A stretch of DNA of 64,000 bases from Myxococcota bacterium (GTDB lineage: Bacteria; Myxococcota_A; UBA9160; UBA6930). Shown here piece by piece: positions 28,275 through 38,273 of the stretch. Position numbers and translations under genes: made by a program. The notes under the pieces are model-generated. The model saw nothing but the letters and a program-made list of their open reading frames with translations, was not told where the DNA came from and did not search any database. How positions within the stretch are numbered: position 1 is the first letter of the stretch; every line of letters begins with the position of its first letter. The stretch spans positions 4,672,001 to 4,736,000 of the forward strand of contig OZ245002.1 of the NCBI GenBank assembly GCA_965223415.1, read 5' to 3'.

Positions 28275-29565
28275 CAGGCTGCGGAAGAACGCCGATGGTA
28301 CGCAGAGAACGGTGCCTTGGAGGCGCTTTGGCTAGGAAAGGAGCGCGGAATCGAGGCCTTGCCGCCGGTTGACGCCCGGCTCGCTGCCAACGGGGCCCTC
28401 CACTCGACCCGACAAGCTACGTGGGGCATAGCAGGTTCCTCATCCTCACAAGGTTGTAGGCCGCCTGGGTGAACGTGAACATCCAGCCCACCCGCTCCTT
28501 GCCGCGATGCTTCACCTTGCGAATCGGGCCTACCGTCTTCCCCCAGCCGAAGACCTGCTCGATCGCCTTGCGTTTGCGCTGGCTGATCTCGTAGCCCACG
28601 TGCGTCGTCGTTCGATCATCGATCGCGCTGCGGCGGCCCTTGTCGTTCTGCGCAACGTGCGGGGTCACGCCCAGCTCTCGAAGCTCTTCGACATGCGACA
28701 CCGTGTCGTAGCCCTTGTCTCCGCCCAACGTCGATCGCCGTCCGCGTGGCACCCGCTTCACCATCGCCACCGAGGCCTCGCGCTCCGCCGTGCCCGTGGC
28801 CAGCGTCGTCTTGGCCGCCACCACCAGGCCATGCCGGTTCTCCGTCACCACGTGGCCCATGAAGCACAGCTTCGCTTCCTTCCCCTTCCCCTTGCGGTAG
28901 AGCCGGGACTCCGGGTCCGTCGTCGAGGCGTGCGTGTCGTTCTTCCTACGCTCACCGTGGAAGTCCCGCTCCGTCGCCTTCCGTCCACCCCCGCGGCCGC
29001 CCCGGTCCTCGTCCTTCGGCCGAAAGCTCTTCTGCCCCGCCCATGCCTCGATCAGCGTGCCGTCCACCGTGAAGTGCTCGTCCGACAGAAGCCCCTCCTC
29101 GCGGGCCTCCGCCAACACGGCCTGAAAGAACCCCTCCGCGATCTCTCCCCGAAGCAACCGATCCCGATTCTTCGTGAACACCGTCACGTCCCAGACCCGG
29201 TCGTCCATCTCGAGCCCCACGAACCAGCGGAACAGCAGGTTGTACTCGAGCTGCTCCATCAGCATCCGCTCGCTTCGCACCGAGTAGAGCACCTGCAGCA
29301 GCAGGGCCCGCAACAGGTGCTCGGGCGGAATCGACGGCCGACCCGTCCGCGAGTACAGCTTCCGCAACCTCCCGTCCAGCCGGACCAGGGCGCGATTCGT
29401 CATCTCCCGCGTCACGCGCAGTGGATGATCGGCGGGGACACGCGCCTCCGGCGACACGTAGCTGAACATCGTGGACTGCGTTCGATCGGTTCCGCGCATC
29501 TCCATCCCCCCGGTATGCCTGTACCAACCGATTCGACCCGTCGCACGGGGTTTTTCCGCAGCCTG
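28275..29565 (-). mobile_element. IS5-family insertion sequence, copy B (1291 bp), flanked by CTAG duplications
   Basis: TIRs CAGGCTGCGGAA / TTCCGCAGCCTG; CTAG at 28271-28274 and 29566-29569. Confidence 0.92.
28417..29499 (-). CDS. IS5-family DDE transposase
   Basis: Homologous to, but diverged from, the 3232-4311 transposase (FTVDGTLIEAWA, GDKGYD). Confidence 0.93.
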   Translation of the reverse strand: MRGTDRTQSTMFSYVSPEARVPADHPLRVTREMTNRALVRLDGRLRKLYSRTGRPSIPPEHLLRALLLQVLYSVRSERMLMEQLEYNLLFRWFVGLEMDDRVWDVTVFTKNRDRLLRGEIAEGFFQAVLAEAREEGLLSDEHFTVDGTLIEAWAGQKSFRPKDEDRGGRGGGRKATERDFHGERRKNDTHASTTDPESRLYRKGKGKEAKLCFMGHVVTENRHGLVVAAKTTLATGTAEREASVAMVKRVPRGRRSTLGGDKGYDTVSHVEELRELGVTPHVAQNDKGRRSAIDDRTTTHVGYEISQRKRKAIEQVFGWGKTVGPIRKVKHRGKERVGWMFTFTQAAYNLVRMRNLLCPT

Positions 29566-30045
29566 CTAGGTCTCGAACAGGGTGCGGGTGTCGTCCTGGA
29601 GGAGGGTGTAGAGGGTGAGCGCGCCGATCACGGTGCCGAGGGGGAACCAGAACAGGGAGAGGGCGCCGATCACGAGGGCGAAGCTCCGGGCCCAGGGGCG
29701 GCGGCGAAGCAGGCCCACGCCGGCAGCGAGGCCCGGGATCGAGAGGCCGCCGACCACGGCGGCGATCGCCGCCCCGATGCCGCCCAGGATCCAGCTCGCC
29801 GTCGGATCGCCGCTGGCCAGGCCGATGCCGGCGATCGCCGTGAAGACGATCGCCGCCGCAGCGGCGCCCAGGCCGTGGACCACCAGGAAGGCGAGGGCGA
29901 GGAGCCGCACGCGCTCCTCTGCCCGCGCTCTTCCCTCGACCCGCCGTACGATCCGCGTGAACTCCGGCTCCTCTTCGTGGAGCCAGGCGTCCTCCGACGG
30001 CGACCGCCAGGCCCCCTCCGCTCGCGATCGCACGGGCGCGGTCAC
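29566..30045 (-). CDS. Small membrane protein at the end of the psp-like operon
   Basis: Hydrophobic helices, LAAGVGLLRRRPWAR..FPLGT; GTGA overlap with pspA. Confidence 0.75.
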   Translation of the reverse strand: MTAPVRSRAEGAWRSPSEDAWLHEEEPEFTRIVRRVEGRARAEERVRLLALAFLVVHGLGAAAAAIVFTAIAGIGLASGDPTASWILGGIGAAIAAVVGGLSIPGLAAGVGLLRRRPWARSFALVIGALSLFWFPLGTVIGALTLYTLLQDDTRTLFET

Positions 30046-30788
30046 CGGGAGGCCACCGGCACCGCGGCGGCCGGTCGCGCCGCCTTGGCGGGCAGGGCGG
30101 CGGAGCTCATCTGCCGCTTGAACTGCTCGAGCTCCTGGCGCGCCGCCTCCTGGGTGGCCTCACGCCGGATGCTCTTGAGCCGGCCCTGCAGGTCGTCGTC
30201 GGCGCCGAGCTCGCGGTCGAGCTCGCCCTCGGTCGCGAGGCGCGCCACGTGGGCGCGCACGCTCTCGAGGGCCCGCATGTCCGCGTCCACCGAGAGCCCC
30301 TCGATCGCTTCCTGGATCCGCCGCCGCGCCTTCGCGTTGGCGAGGGTGACGACGATGCGTCCCTTCTCGCGCTCGAGGGCGCGGATCTCCTCGCGGAAGC
30401 GCACCAGGTTCGTCTTGGCCTCCTCGGCTTGGATCTTCAGGCCCTCGAACTCCTGCTCGGCCCGCTCGATGTCCTCGCTGAGGGCCTGCTTGTGGGTGAT
30501 CAGGGTGAGGGCGACGTCGTCCTCGCCCCGACCGACGGTGCGCCGGATGTCCTCGAGGGTCCGGGACAGCTCGGCGCGGCGCTCGGAGAGATCCCCCTCG
30601 AGCTTGTTGCGCATGTACAGGATGCCGGCGACGGCCTCCTTGAGCTCGCGGTACTGGCCCACCCGCTCGGAGATGGCGTTCTCGAACACCGCCTGCGGGT
30701 TTTGCTGCTCGCGGCCGCGCAGCCAGTGGGTGGCCCATCCCGAGATGAAGCCGAAGAGTCGGGCGAAGAAGCCGGGTCGCTGGGTCAT
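30042..30788 (-). CDS. pspA: PspA/IM30 (bacterial ESCRT-III) family protein
   Basis: Amphipathic N-terminus FFARLF, NPQAVFE, GEDDVA, long coiled coil, ELEQFK. Confidence 0.78.
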   Translation of the reverse strand: MTQRPGFFARLFGFISGWATHWLRGREQQNPQAVFENAISERVGQYRELKEAVAGILYMRNKLEGDLSERRAELSRTLEDIRRTVGRGEDDVALTLITHKQALSEDIERAEQEFEGLKIQAEEAKTNLVRFREEIRALEREKGRIVVTLANAKARRRIQEAIEGLSVDADMRALESVRAHVARLATEGELDRELGADDDLQGRLKSIRREATQEAARQELEQFKRQMSSAALPAKAARPAAAVPVASR

Positions 30789-30833
30789 GTCGTCCTCCTG
30801 GGGCGTGGGCGCGCCGAGATCGTTTCGGTCGCT

Positions 30834-32233
<1,400 letters not shown>

Positions 32234-32237
<4 letters not shown>

Positions 32238-33307
32238 GTGAGCTCCTGGGCCGGGGCCGCGGGTGTGGGCAGCGTCACGAGGAAGGCCGCTCCGTCGGAG
32301 GGGCTCTCCAGCTCGATGCGGCCGCCGTGGGCCTCGATGATCTTCTTGGTGAGCGCGAGGCCGAGGCCGGTGCCCTCGTCCTTCGACGAGTAGAAGGGGC
32401 TCCAGATGTCGGCGCGCTGCGTCTCGGGGATGCCGTGGCCGTGATCGCGCACGCGCAGCCAGGCCTCGGTGCCGGCCAGGTTCTCGCCGCACTCGATCTC
32501 GAGCACCGGCCGCTTCGCGTCGCGCATGGCGTCGAGGCCGTTGCCGATCAGGTTGATCACCACCCGTCGCAGCTTCTCGGGATCGCCCTGGATCTCGGGG
32601 GCGCCGTCGGTGCGTAGCCGTACCTCGACGCGCTCCCGGTCGATGCGCTCGCGGAAGGTCTCGAGCGCGCCTCGAACCACCTCACGCAGCTCGAGGGGCT
32701 CGGCCTGGAAGCCCTCCTCCCGGGCGAAGCGCAGCAGGTGGGAGATGCTCTTCTCCACCCGCTCCAGCTCCTCCAGGGCGACGTGGGCGTACTCGACGTT
32801 CTCATGGGAGCCCGGGTCCTCGCCCATCTGCTGGACCAGGCTCTTGGCCGCCGTGATGGGATTGCGGATCTCGTGGGCCACGCCCGCCGCCAGGTGCTCG
32901 ATGTGTCGCACGTGCTCGCCCTGGGTCTGGTGGCGGTGGGCGGCCACCTCGTGATCGAGCTCGCGCCGGACCTCGCGTTCGATCCAGCGCTCGCGGAGCT
33001 GGGGCTCGAGGACCTTCTTCAGATAGTCGCCCAGCAGGATGAAGCCGCCGATCAGGATCACCCAGCGCGCCGCCGCACCGGCGAAGACCCCGACGATGGC
33101 CGTGGCCAGGAGCAGGCCCATCAGGTCCTTCGCGAGCTTGGCCTTGGCCTTGCCCCGCCGGCGCCCACGGGCGATCGGGTCCGCCGGGTCGTACTCGGCG
33201 TCCACCGCGGGCTCGCGGTGCTCGTGCCCGTGCCGCCGGTTGCGCCGGCGTCTTCGCGCCGCCTGCTTCGTGGGGCCGCCTCCGCACGCATGGGCCCGGC
33301 CGCTCAC
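32234..33307 (-). CDS. Sensor histidine kinase (paralog 2)
   Basis: Two TM helices, AHEIRNP, DHGHG, GTGLGL; GTG start overlapping upstream stop. Confidence 0.88.
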
Positions 33308-34470
33308 GAGCGGCTCTCCTGGGGCTCGCGGATCTCCTTGGGGAAGGTCAGCACGAACTCGGTGCCGCTTCCCGGATCCGAGTGGGCCTCGATCGAGCCG
33401 CCGTGGGCGTCGACGACCTTCTTCGAGATGGCCAGGCCGAGGCCGGTGCCGGTCTCCTTCGAGGTGTAGAAGGGGCTGAAGATCCGGGTCAGCCGTTCGG
33501 GCTCCATGCCCGGCCCGTTGTCCTTCACGCGGATCCACACCTCCGTGCCCGCCAGGTTCTCGCCCGCCTGGACGTTCAGGGCCGGATGCTCGGTGTGGCC
33601 CTCGGCGAAGGCGTCGAGGGCGTTGCCGACCAGGTTGATGATCACCCGTCGCAGCTTCTCCGGATCCCCGCGCATCGCGCCGGCTCCCTGGACGTCCTGG
33701 TGGACGACCACGCCGAGGGTCTCCAGGCGATCGCGGAAGGTCTCGAGGGCCGACTCGACCACCTCGGCCATGTGCACCTCGCGCAGGTCCACGTCCTCGT
33801 CCCGCGCGAACTTCAGCAGGTGGGAGATGCTGCGCTCGACCCGCTCCAGCTCTTCCAGGGCGACGTTCGCGTACTCGACGTTCTCGCCCGCGGCCGGGTC
33901 CTCGCCCATCTGCTGCACCAGGCTCTTCGCCGCCGTGATCGGGTTGCGGATCTCGTGGGCGATGGACGCCGAGAGCTCCTCGACCCGCTTCGACTGCTGG
34001 CCCTCGAGCTGCACGCGCTCCCGGGTGACGTCGTGGCCGACGCGCTGGTCGACCTGGTCGTGGATCCAGCGCTTGCGCAGGTCCGGCACGACGAGAGCGA
34101 AGAAGTAGTGGAGCCCGAGGCCGAGGCCCCAGGGCACCGCGGTCCAGAACGCGGCTCGCGGGCCGGCGATCAGAAGCAGGAAGCCGTTCACGGCGAGGTA
34201 CGGAATCAGGTGCGCCATGAACCCGATGCGCGCGTTGGCCGCCTTGCGGGCCTCGCGGTAGGCCCGCTCGCGGGGGGAGACCCCGGCCTGCTGGGCCTGG
34301 GGGAGATCGGCCTCATCGTCGTCCGGGCCGTAGGTCTGGCTCCAGGTCCAGTCCTGCTGGTCCCGGTGCCTGGCTCGGCGGGCCTCCAAACGCTCCTCCT
34401 GGCGGCGCCTCTGCCGCTCGCGGGTAGTACGGGAGCGGGGCGAGCGAGGTTCGTCGCGCCGTCGGGACAT
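33304..34470 (-). CDS. Sensor histidine kinase with 2TM-like input (paralog 1)
   Basis: RIGFMAHLIPYLAVN..WGLGLGLH, AHEIRNP, DNGPG, GTGLGL. Confidence 0.88.
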   Translation of the reverse strand: MSRRRDEPRSPRSRTTRERQRRRQEERLEARRARHRDQQDWTWSQTYGPDDDEADLPQAQQAGVSPRERAYREARKAANARIGFMAHLIPYLAVNGFLLLIAGPRAAFWTAVPWGLGLGLHYFFALVVPDLRKRWIHDQVDQRVGHDVTRERVQLEGQQSKRVEELSASIAHEIRNPITAAKSLVQQMGEDPAAGENVEYANVALEELERVERSISHLLKFARDEDVDLREVHMAEVVESALETFRDRLETLGVVVHQDVQGAGAMRGDPEKLRRVIINLVGNALDAFAEGHTEHPALNVQAGENLAGTEVWIRVKDNGPGMEPERLTRIFSPFYTSKETGTGLGLAISKKVVDAHGGSIEAHSDPGSGTEFVLTFPKEIREPQESRS

Positions 34471-34540
34471 GCAGGGGCCTCCCAGGGCGGGCTCGGAGCC
34501 GGCGGGTTCGGTCCGCTCGAAGATCATGCCCGATCCGGAG

Positions 34541-34556
34541 AGCAAGGGCCGTGCCC
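34541..34556 (-). promoter_or_regulatory. Sigma54 -24/-12 promoter of the HK-HK-RR-pspA operon
   Basis: GGGCACGGCCCTTGCT (GG-N10-GC). Confidence 0.65.
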
Positions 34557-34694
34557 GTTTCGGGAACCCTGGAAATCCGGGCAGTTACGGATTGACTGTC
34601 GCCGGCCTGCTGCAGCCCGGGGGCGACAGTGCAGCGCTGGCGCTGCACCCTCCCCGGGGATTGCGCGGCCGGCCGTGGCAGGCAAAGTAGGGCC

Positions 34695-34958
34695 ATGACC
34701 GAATCCGACCCGACCCCCGAGGGTGACGAGACCCCGGAGTATGCACCGACTCCGTTCGACGGCCCGTACTTCGTGCCCGTGCTGCTCCTCGGCATGTCGC
34801 TCTGGTTCGCCTACGACGGCTTCTTGAACCCGGCCCGGCTCGATCCCAACGAGTCGCTCAGCAACTACCTGGCCTTCAACCAGTGGGGCGCGGTGATCCT
34901 GGCCGTGGCCGGGTTCGTTCTCGGGGTGCGGGCCTGGCGCCGGCGGCGCGACGCCTGA
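34695..34958 (+). CDS. Small two-TM membrane protein
   Basis: Two hydrophobic segments, basic tail. Confidence 0.65.
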   Translation: MTESDPTPEGDETPEYAPTPFDGPYFVPVLLLGMSLWFAYDGFLNPARLDPNESLSNYLAFNQWGAVILAVAGFVLGVRAWRRRRDA

Positions 34959-35681
34959 TCAGGAGGCCTCGCCGGGCGAGGGCACGACCGGCGGGACGCT
35001 GCCGGGCTCCGCCGGCGCGACCTGCACGCCGCCGGCCTCGGGGTTCTCGCTCTCGGGATTCACCAGGCCCGCCGACATCACCAGCTTGAAGGCCTGCTCG
35101 ACGCTCAGGTCGATGGGGGTCAAGTCGGCCTCGGGAACGAGGAGGTAGAAGCCCGAGGTGGGGTTCGGCGTCGTCGGCACGAACACGTTCACCAGGTTCG
35201 GCGGCAGCTCGGCGTGGCCCAGGCCGCGGACCGGCCCGGTCACGAAGGCCAGCGCGTAGAGGCCGGCGCGGGGATACTGGATGATCGCCACCCGGTTGAA
35301 GCTGGCCGTGGCGTCGCTGCTCCGGAAGATCGCCTCGAAGAGCTGCTTCACCGCGGCGTAGATGTTGCGGGCCACCGGCACGCGCGAGAGCAGCCGCTCC
35401 CACAGCCGCACCAGCTCCCAGCCGAACAGGTGTCGGGCGATGACGCCGAACAGCAGGATCACGATCAGCGTGAAGACCGCTCCGAGGAGCGGGATGGTCG
35501 GCGGATCCTGGACGCCCGGGAAGACCCAGCGCAGCACCGTGGGCAGGAGCAGGTTGTCGAGCCGTTGCACGATCCAGGCGATCGCCCAGACCGTGATCCC
35601 GATCGGCGCGAAGGCCAACACCCCCGCCACGAAGTAGCGGCCCAGCACCAGCCGGATGTTCTTCCAGAGCCTCGAGAGCAT
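34959..35681 (-). CDS. DUF502-family membrane protein
   Basis: RVPVARNIY, FVPTTPNPTSGF. Confidence 0.88.
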   Translation of the reverse strand: MLSRLWKNIRLVLGRYFVAGVLAFAPIGITVWAIAWIVQRLDNLLLPTVLRWVFPGVQDPPTIPLLGAVFTLIVILLFGVIARHLFGWELVRLWERLLSRVPVARNIYAAVKQLFEAIFRSSDATASFNRVAIIQYPRAGLYALAFVTGPVRGLGHAELPPNLVNVFVPTTPNPTSGFYLLVPEADLTPIDLSVEQAFKLVMSAGLVNPESENPEAGGVQVAPAEPGSVPPVVPSPGEAS

Positions 35682-35740
35682 CGCTCTAGACTGTATCGGT
35701 AGCGGGCCTCTCGTGCGTGAGGGCCCCGAGGAGGTCCCCC

Positions 35741-36133
35741 ATGGTCAAGCTGGTCTTCTGTCTACGCCGCCTGCCCGCGCTCTCCCGGGAGGAGTTCCAG
35801 CGCTACTGGCGGGAGAACCACGCCCCGCTGGTCGCCCGGCACGCGGAGGCCCTCGGGATCCTGCGCTACGTCCAGCTCCACTCGGAGCCCGACGAGCTGC
35901 CGGCGAACCAGCTGCTGCGGGCCAGTCGGAGCGCGCCCGAGCCCTACGACGGGATCGCGGAGCTCTGGTGGGAGAGCCAGGACGCCATGGCCGCGGCGAC
36001 GGCGAGCGAGGCCGGCCGCCAGGCGGGGGCCGTGCTCCTGGAAGACGAGCGGCGCTTCATCGATCTCGAGCGCTCGCCCCTGTGGCTGGCCCGGGAGCAC
36101 GAGGTGGTCCGGGCGGCGGAGTGGAGGGCCTGA
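35741..36133 (+). CDS. EthD-family protein
   Basis: LSREEFQRYWRENHAPL, YDGIAELWW, DERRFID; GAGGAGG RBS. Confidence 0.85.
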   Translation: MVKLVFCLRRLPALSREEFQRYWRENHAPLVARHAEALGILRYVQLHSEPDELPANQLLRASRSAPEPYDGIAELWWESQDAMAAATASEAGRQAGAVLLEDERRFIDLERSPLWLAREHEVVRAAEWRA

Positions 36134-36884
36134 GGGAAGCGGAGAGGCGCCGGCCGGCCAGCATGAGCAGCAGGCACCCGGCGAGGAGGGACAGCGCCGC
36201 CGGCTCCGGCACGAAGTGCAGCACCAGCGTGGACGCCGAGGCCGTGCGGCGGAGGAGGGAGCTACCGCCGGCTCCGAGGCTGACGGCCACGATCGACGGC
36301 GCGACGAGCGTCACGCTGCCGGCGCCACCGGCCGTGAGATCGTTCGCACCGGTGAACATCGCCGTCGACGGAATGGTCCGCGAGACGCTGAACAAGCCCG
36401 TCGCCGTCCAAGTGCGCGTCGTCCACGCGAGGTGCGTGTACGTCACCGTCACCGGCCCGACCAAGGGGTTGGCGGTCACGATCTGCGAGCTCACCGAGAC
36501 CCCGACCGAGAGCGGAACGGACCACATGACGAGCGGAATGCCTTGGGCGATAAAGGCAAAGGTGGCTCCGCCCATCCCGCGGTTCGCGACCCCGTCGACG
36601 AGCGTGATCGAGCCGGACAGCTGCTTGTCGACGGTAAACCGCGGCGGACCCGGCGCGCCGGGATCGAACAGTACGGCCCAACCCACTCCGGGCAGGATGG
36701 TCACCGCCGCGGTGTAGGACGTGCCCGTCGAGCTGCCCGACGCGAAGAAACGCGGATCGGCGGGCGTCACCGTGAACGTCGTCCCCTCGAGGCTGGTGTG
36801 CCAGCTCGCGGAGGTCAGCGTTCCGGCCCGGGCCGAGCCCGCCGTCCACACGAGGATCGCAGCGAGAATCAGGAGCTTCTGCAT
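36057..36884 (-). CDS. PEP-CTERM sorting-domain surface protein
   Basis: Signal peptide; T/S/G-rich body; FVPEP + hydrophobic helix + RR. Confidence 0.82.
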   Translation of the reverse strand: MQKLLILAAILVWTAGSARAGTLTSASWHTSLEGTTFTVTPADPRFFASGSSTGTSYTAAVTILPGVGWAVLFDPGAPGPPRFTVDKQLSGSITLVDGVANRGMGGATFAFIAQGIPLVMWSVPLSVGVSVSSQIVTANPLVGPVTVTYTHLAWTTRTWTATGLFSVSRTIPSTAMFTGANDLTAGGAGSVTLVAPSIVAVSLGAGGSSLLRRTASASTLVLHFVPEPAALSLLAGCLLLMLAGRRLSASLRPSTPPPGPPRAPGPATGASARDR

Positions 36885-36922
36885 CACACAACCCCACGCC
36901 GATCGCCTGGGACCAAGGGACA

Positions 36923-36937
36923 GCGTCGATGGTGCCA
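36923..36937 (-). promoter_or_regulatory. Possible sigma54 promoter of the PEP-CTERM gene
   Basis: TGGCAC-CATCG-ACGC (GG-N10-GC, weak -12). Confidence 0.4.
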
Positions 36938-37008
36938 CACGCCCGCTCCACGCACACGCCGCAGGAGCGCGGTCGAAGCCCCTGGCTGGCTCATCGCGCC
37001 AGGTCGCT

Positions 37009-37173
37009 CTAGAAGAGCGGCTCGTCGTCCGGCGCGTAGGCGGTGATCTCGCAGGAGAGCGAGATGACCTCGAAGCTGGGGGGCTCGTAGGCCTCCGTCC
37101 GCACGTTCTCGCGGTCCGGGCGGGTCTCGTGGTGTTCGCGATCCATGGCCGGCCAGGCTAGCAGATCGCTCAT
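37009..37173 (-). CDS. PqqA-like precursor peptide (54 aa; alternative start 37146, 45 aa)
   Basis: MSDLLAWPAMDREHHETRPDRENVRTEAYEPPSFEVISLSCEITAYAPDDEPLF; aromatic-xxP leader plus E-x3-Y; ATGA overlap with sulfotransferase stop. Confidence 0.7.
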   Translation of the reverse strand: MSDLLAWPAMDREHHETRPDRENVRTEAYEPPSFEVISLSCEITAYAPDDEPLF

Positions 37174-38183
37174 CGCAGGAGCACGTCGCAGGCGCCCCGC
37201 ACCCGTCGGACGAGCCGGCCCAAGGCGTTGCGCTGGATGTTGCGGCGGGCGGCGACGAGCAGGCGGCGCTCGAGGGCGTAGCGGGTGAGCTTGGCCCGGG
37301 AGGGGCCGGCGTCCCGCGGCTCGATCTCGGCCAGGGCCTTGCGCAGCTCCTCGCCCGGGTAGCCCCAGGTGGCCAGGTCCGGGTCGGTGAGGCGCGCGGC
37401 GATCTCCCGGCACTGGCCGAGCCGCGCAGGGTCGGCCGCCAGGGCCTCGGCCCATTTCGCCACGGAGGCGGTGGTCGGCCGGCTCTGCTGGGCCACGCCG
37501 GTGGGATCGCCGAGGCCCCGTGCGGAGGCGGCGCCCCCGCCGGCCGAGGCGCCGTAGTCGATCATGCCCGGCTCGTACTCGACGCCCAGGAACGCACACG
37601 CCGCCTCCATGTGCGTCTCGGGGGCCTGGACCAGCTCCTCGTAGCGCAGGTGGTGCAGGTCGACGGGCTGCTCGCGCAGGAAGCGCGCGATCGCCGGGAC
37701 GTAGCGCTCGAGGATCGGGTTGTGGGCGTGGGCGCTCTCGTGGTCGCCGTCGAAGAACGAGTCGACGACGCTCGACCACACCGCCATCGGGTGGCGGGTG
37801 AGGACGAGGTACTTCGCTTCCGGGTAGAGCCGGGTCAGGAAGTCGAGCACCAGCGAGTAGGCGGGCGTCTTGTCGAGGAAGAGGCGGCAGCCCGAGGGCT
37901 CGAGGGCCTTCGCGTACAGGTGGTTCGTGGCGGCGCGCAGGGCGTCCAGGTAGTCCGCCTCGCCGCCGGGCAGCAGGCCCACGAGCTCGCGCAGGCCGAG
38001 CTGGGTGATGGTGGGGTCGTAGGGCGCTTTCTCGACCTTGTCGTGGAAGCCCAGGTGGGCCAGCGGCGGCATCAGGTGCGGCTCCACCGGGGCGAAGATG
38101 GCCGGGTGGGCGCCCAGCATGCGCGTCGTCAGGGTGGTGCCCCCGCGCGGCGGGCCGATCAGAAAGACGAGTCGGTCTTGCAT
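37170..38183 (-). CDS. PAPS-dependent sulfotransferase (Sulfotransfer_3-like)
   Basis: IGPPRGGTTL (5'-PSB), DKTP, LTRHP..S (3'-PB), LRYEELV. Confidence 0.9.
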   Translation of the reverse strand: MQDRLVFLIGPPRGGTTLTTRMLGAHPAIFAPVEPHLMPPLAHLGFHDKVEKAPYDPTITQLGLRELVGLLPGGEADYLDALRAATNHLYAKALEPSGCRLFLDKTPAYSLVLDFLTRLYPEAKYLVLTRHPMAVWSSVVDSFFDGDHESAHAHNPILERYVPAIARFLREQPVDLHHLRYEELVQAPETHMEAACAFLGVEYEPGMIDYGASAGGGAASARGLGDPTGVAQQSRPTTASVAKWAEALAADPARLGQCREIAARLTDPDLATWGYPGEELRKALAEIEPRDAGPSRAKLTRYALERRLLVAARRNIQRNALGRLVRRVRGACDVLLR

Positions 38184-38273
38184 GGAGTCCTTCCCATCGG
38201 TCGCGAGCCGACCGGGCCTTGAGAGTAGGCAGGGTCCGCGCTCGTGGCCGATGCCCGGGGCGGCCCGGCCGCG

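Noticed and set aside
3108..29565. Composite transposon bounded by the two IS5 elements
   Set aside because: The copies are diverged, each has its own CTAG duplication, and they enclose housekeeping genes
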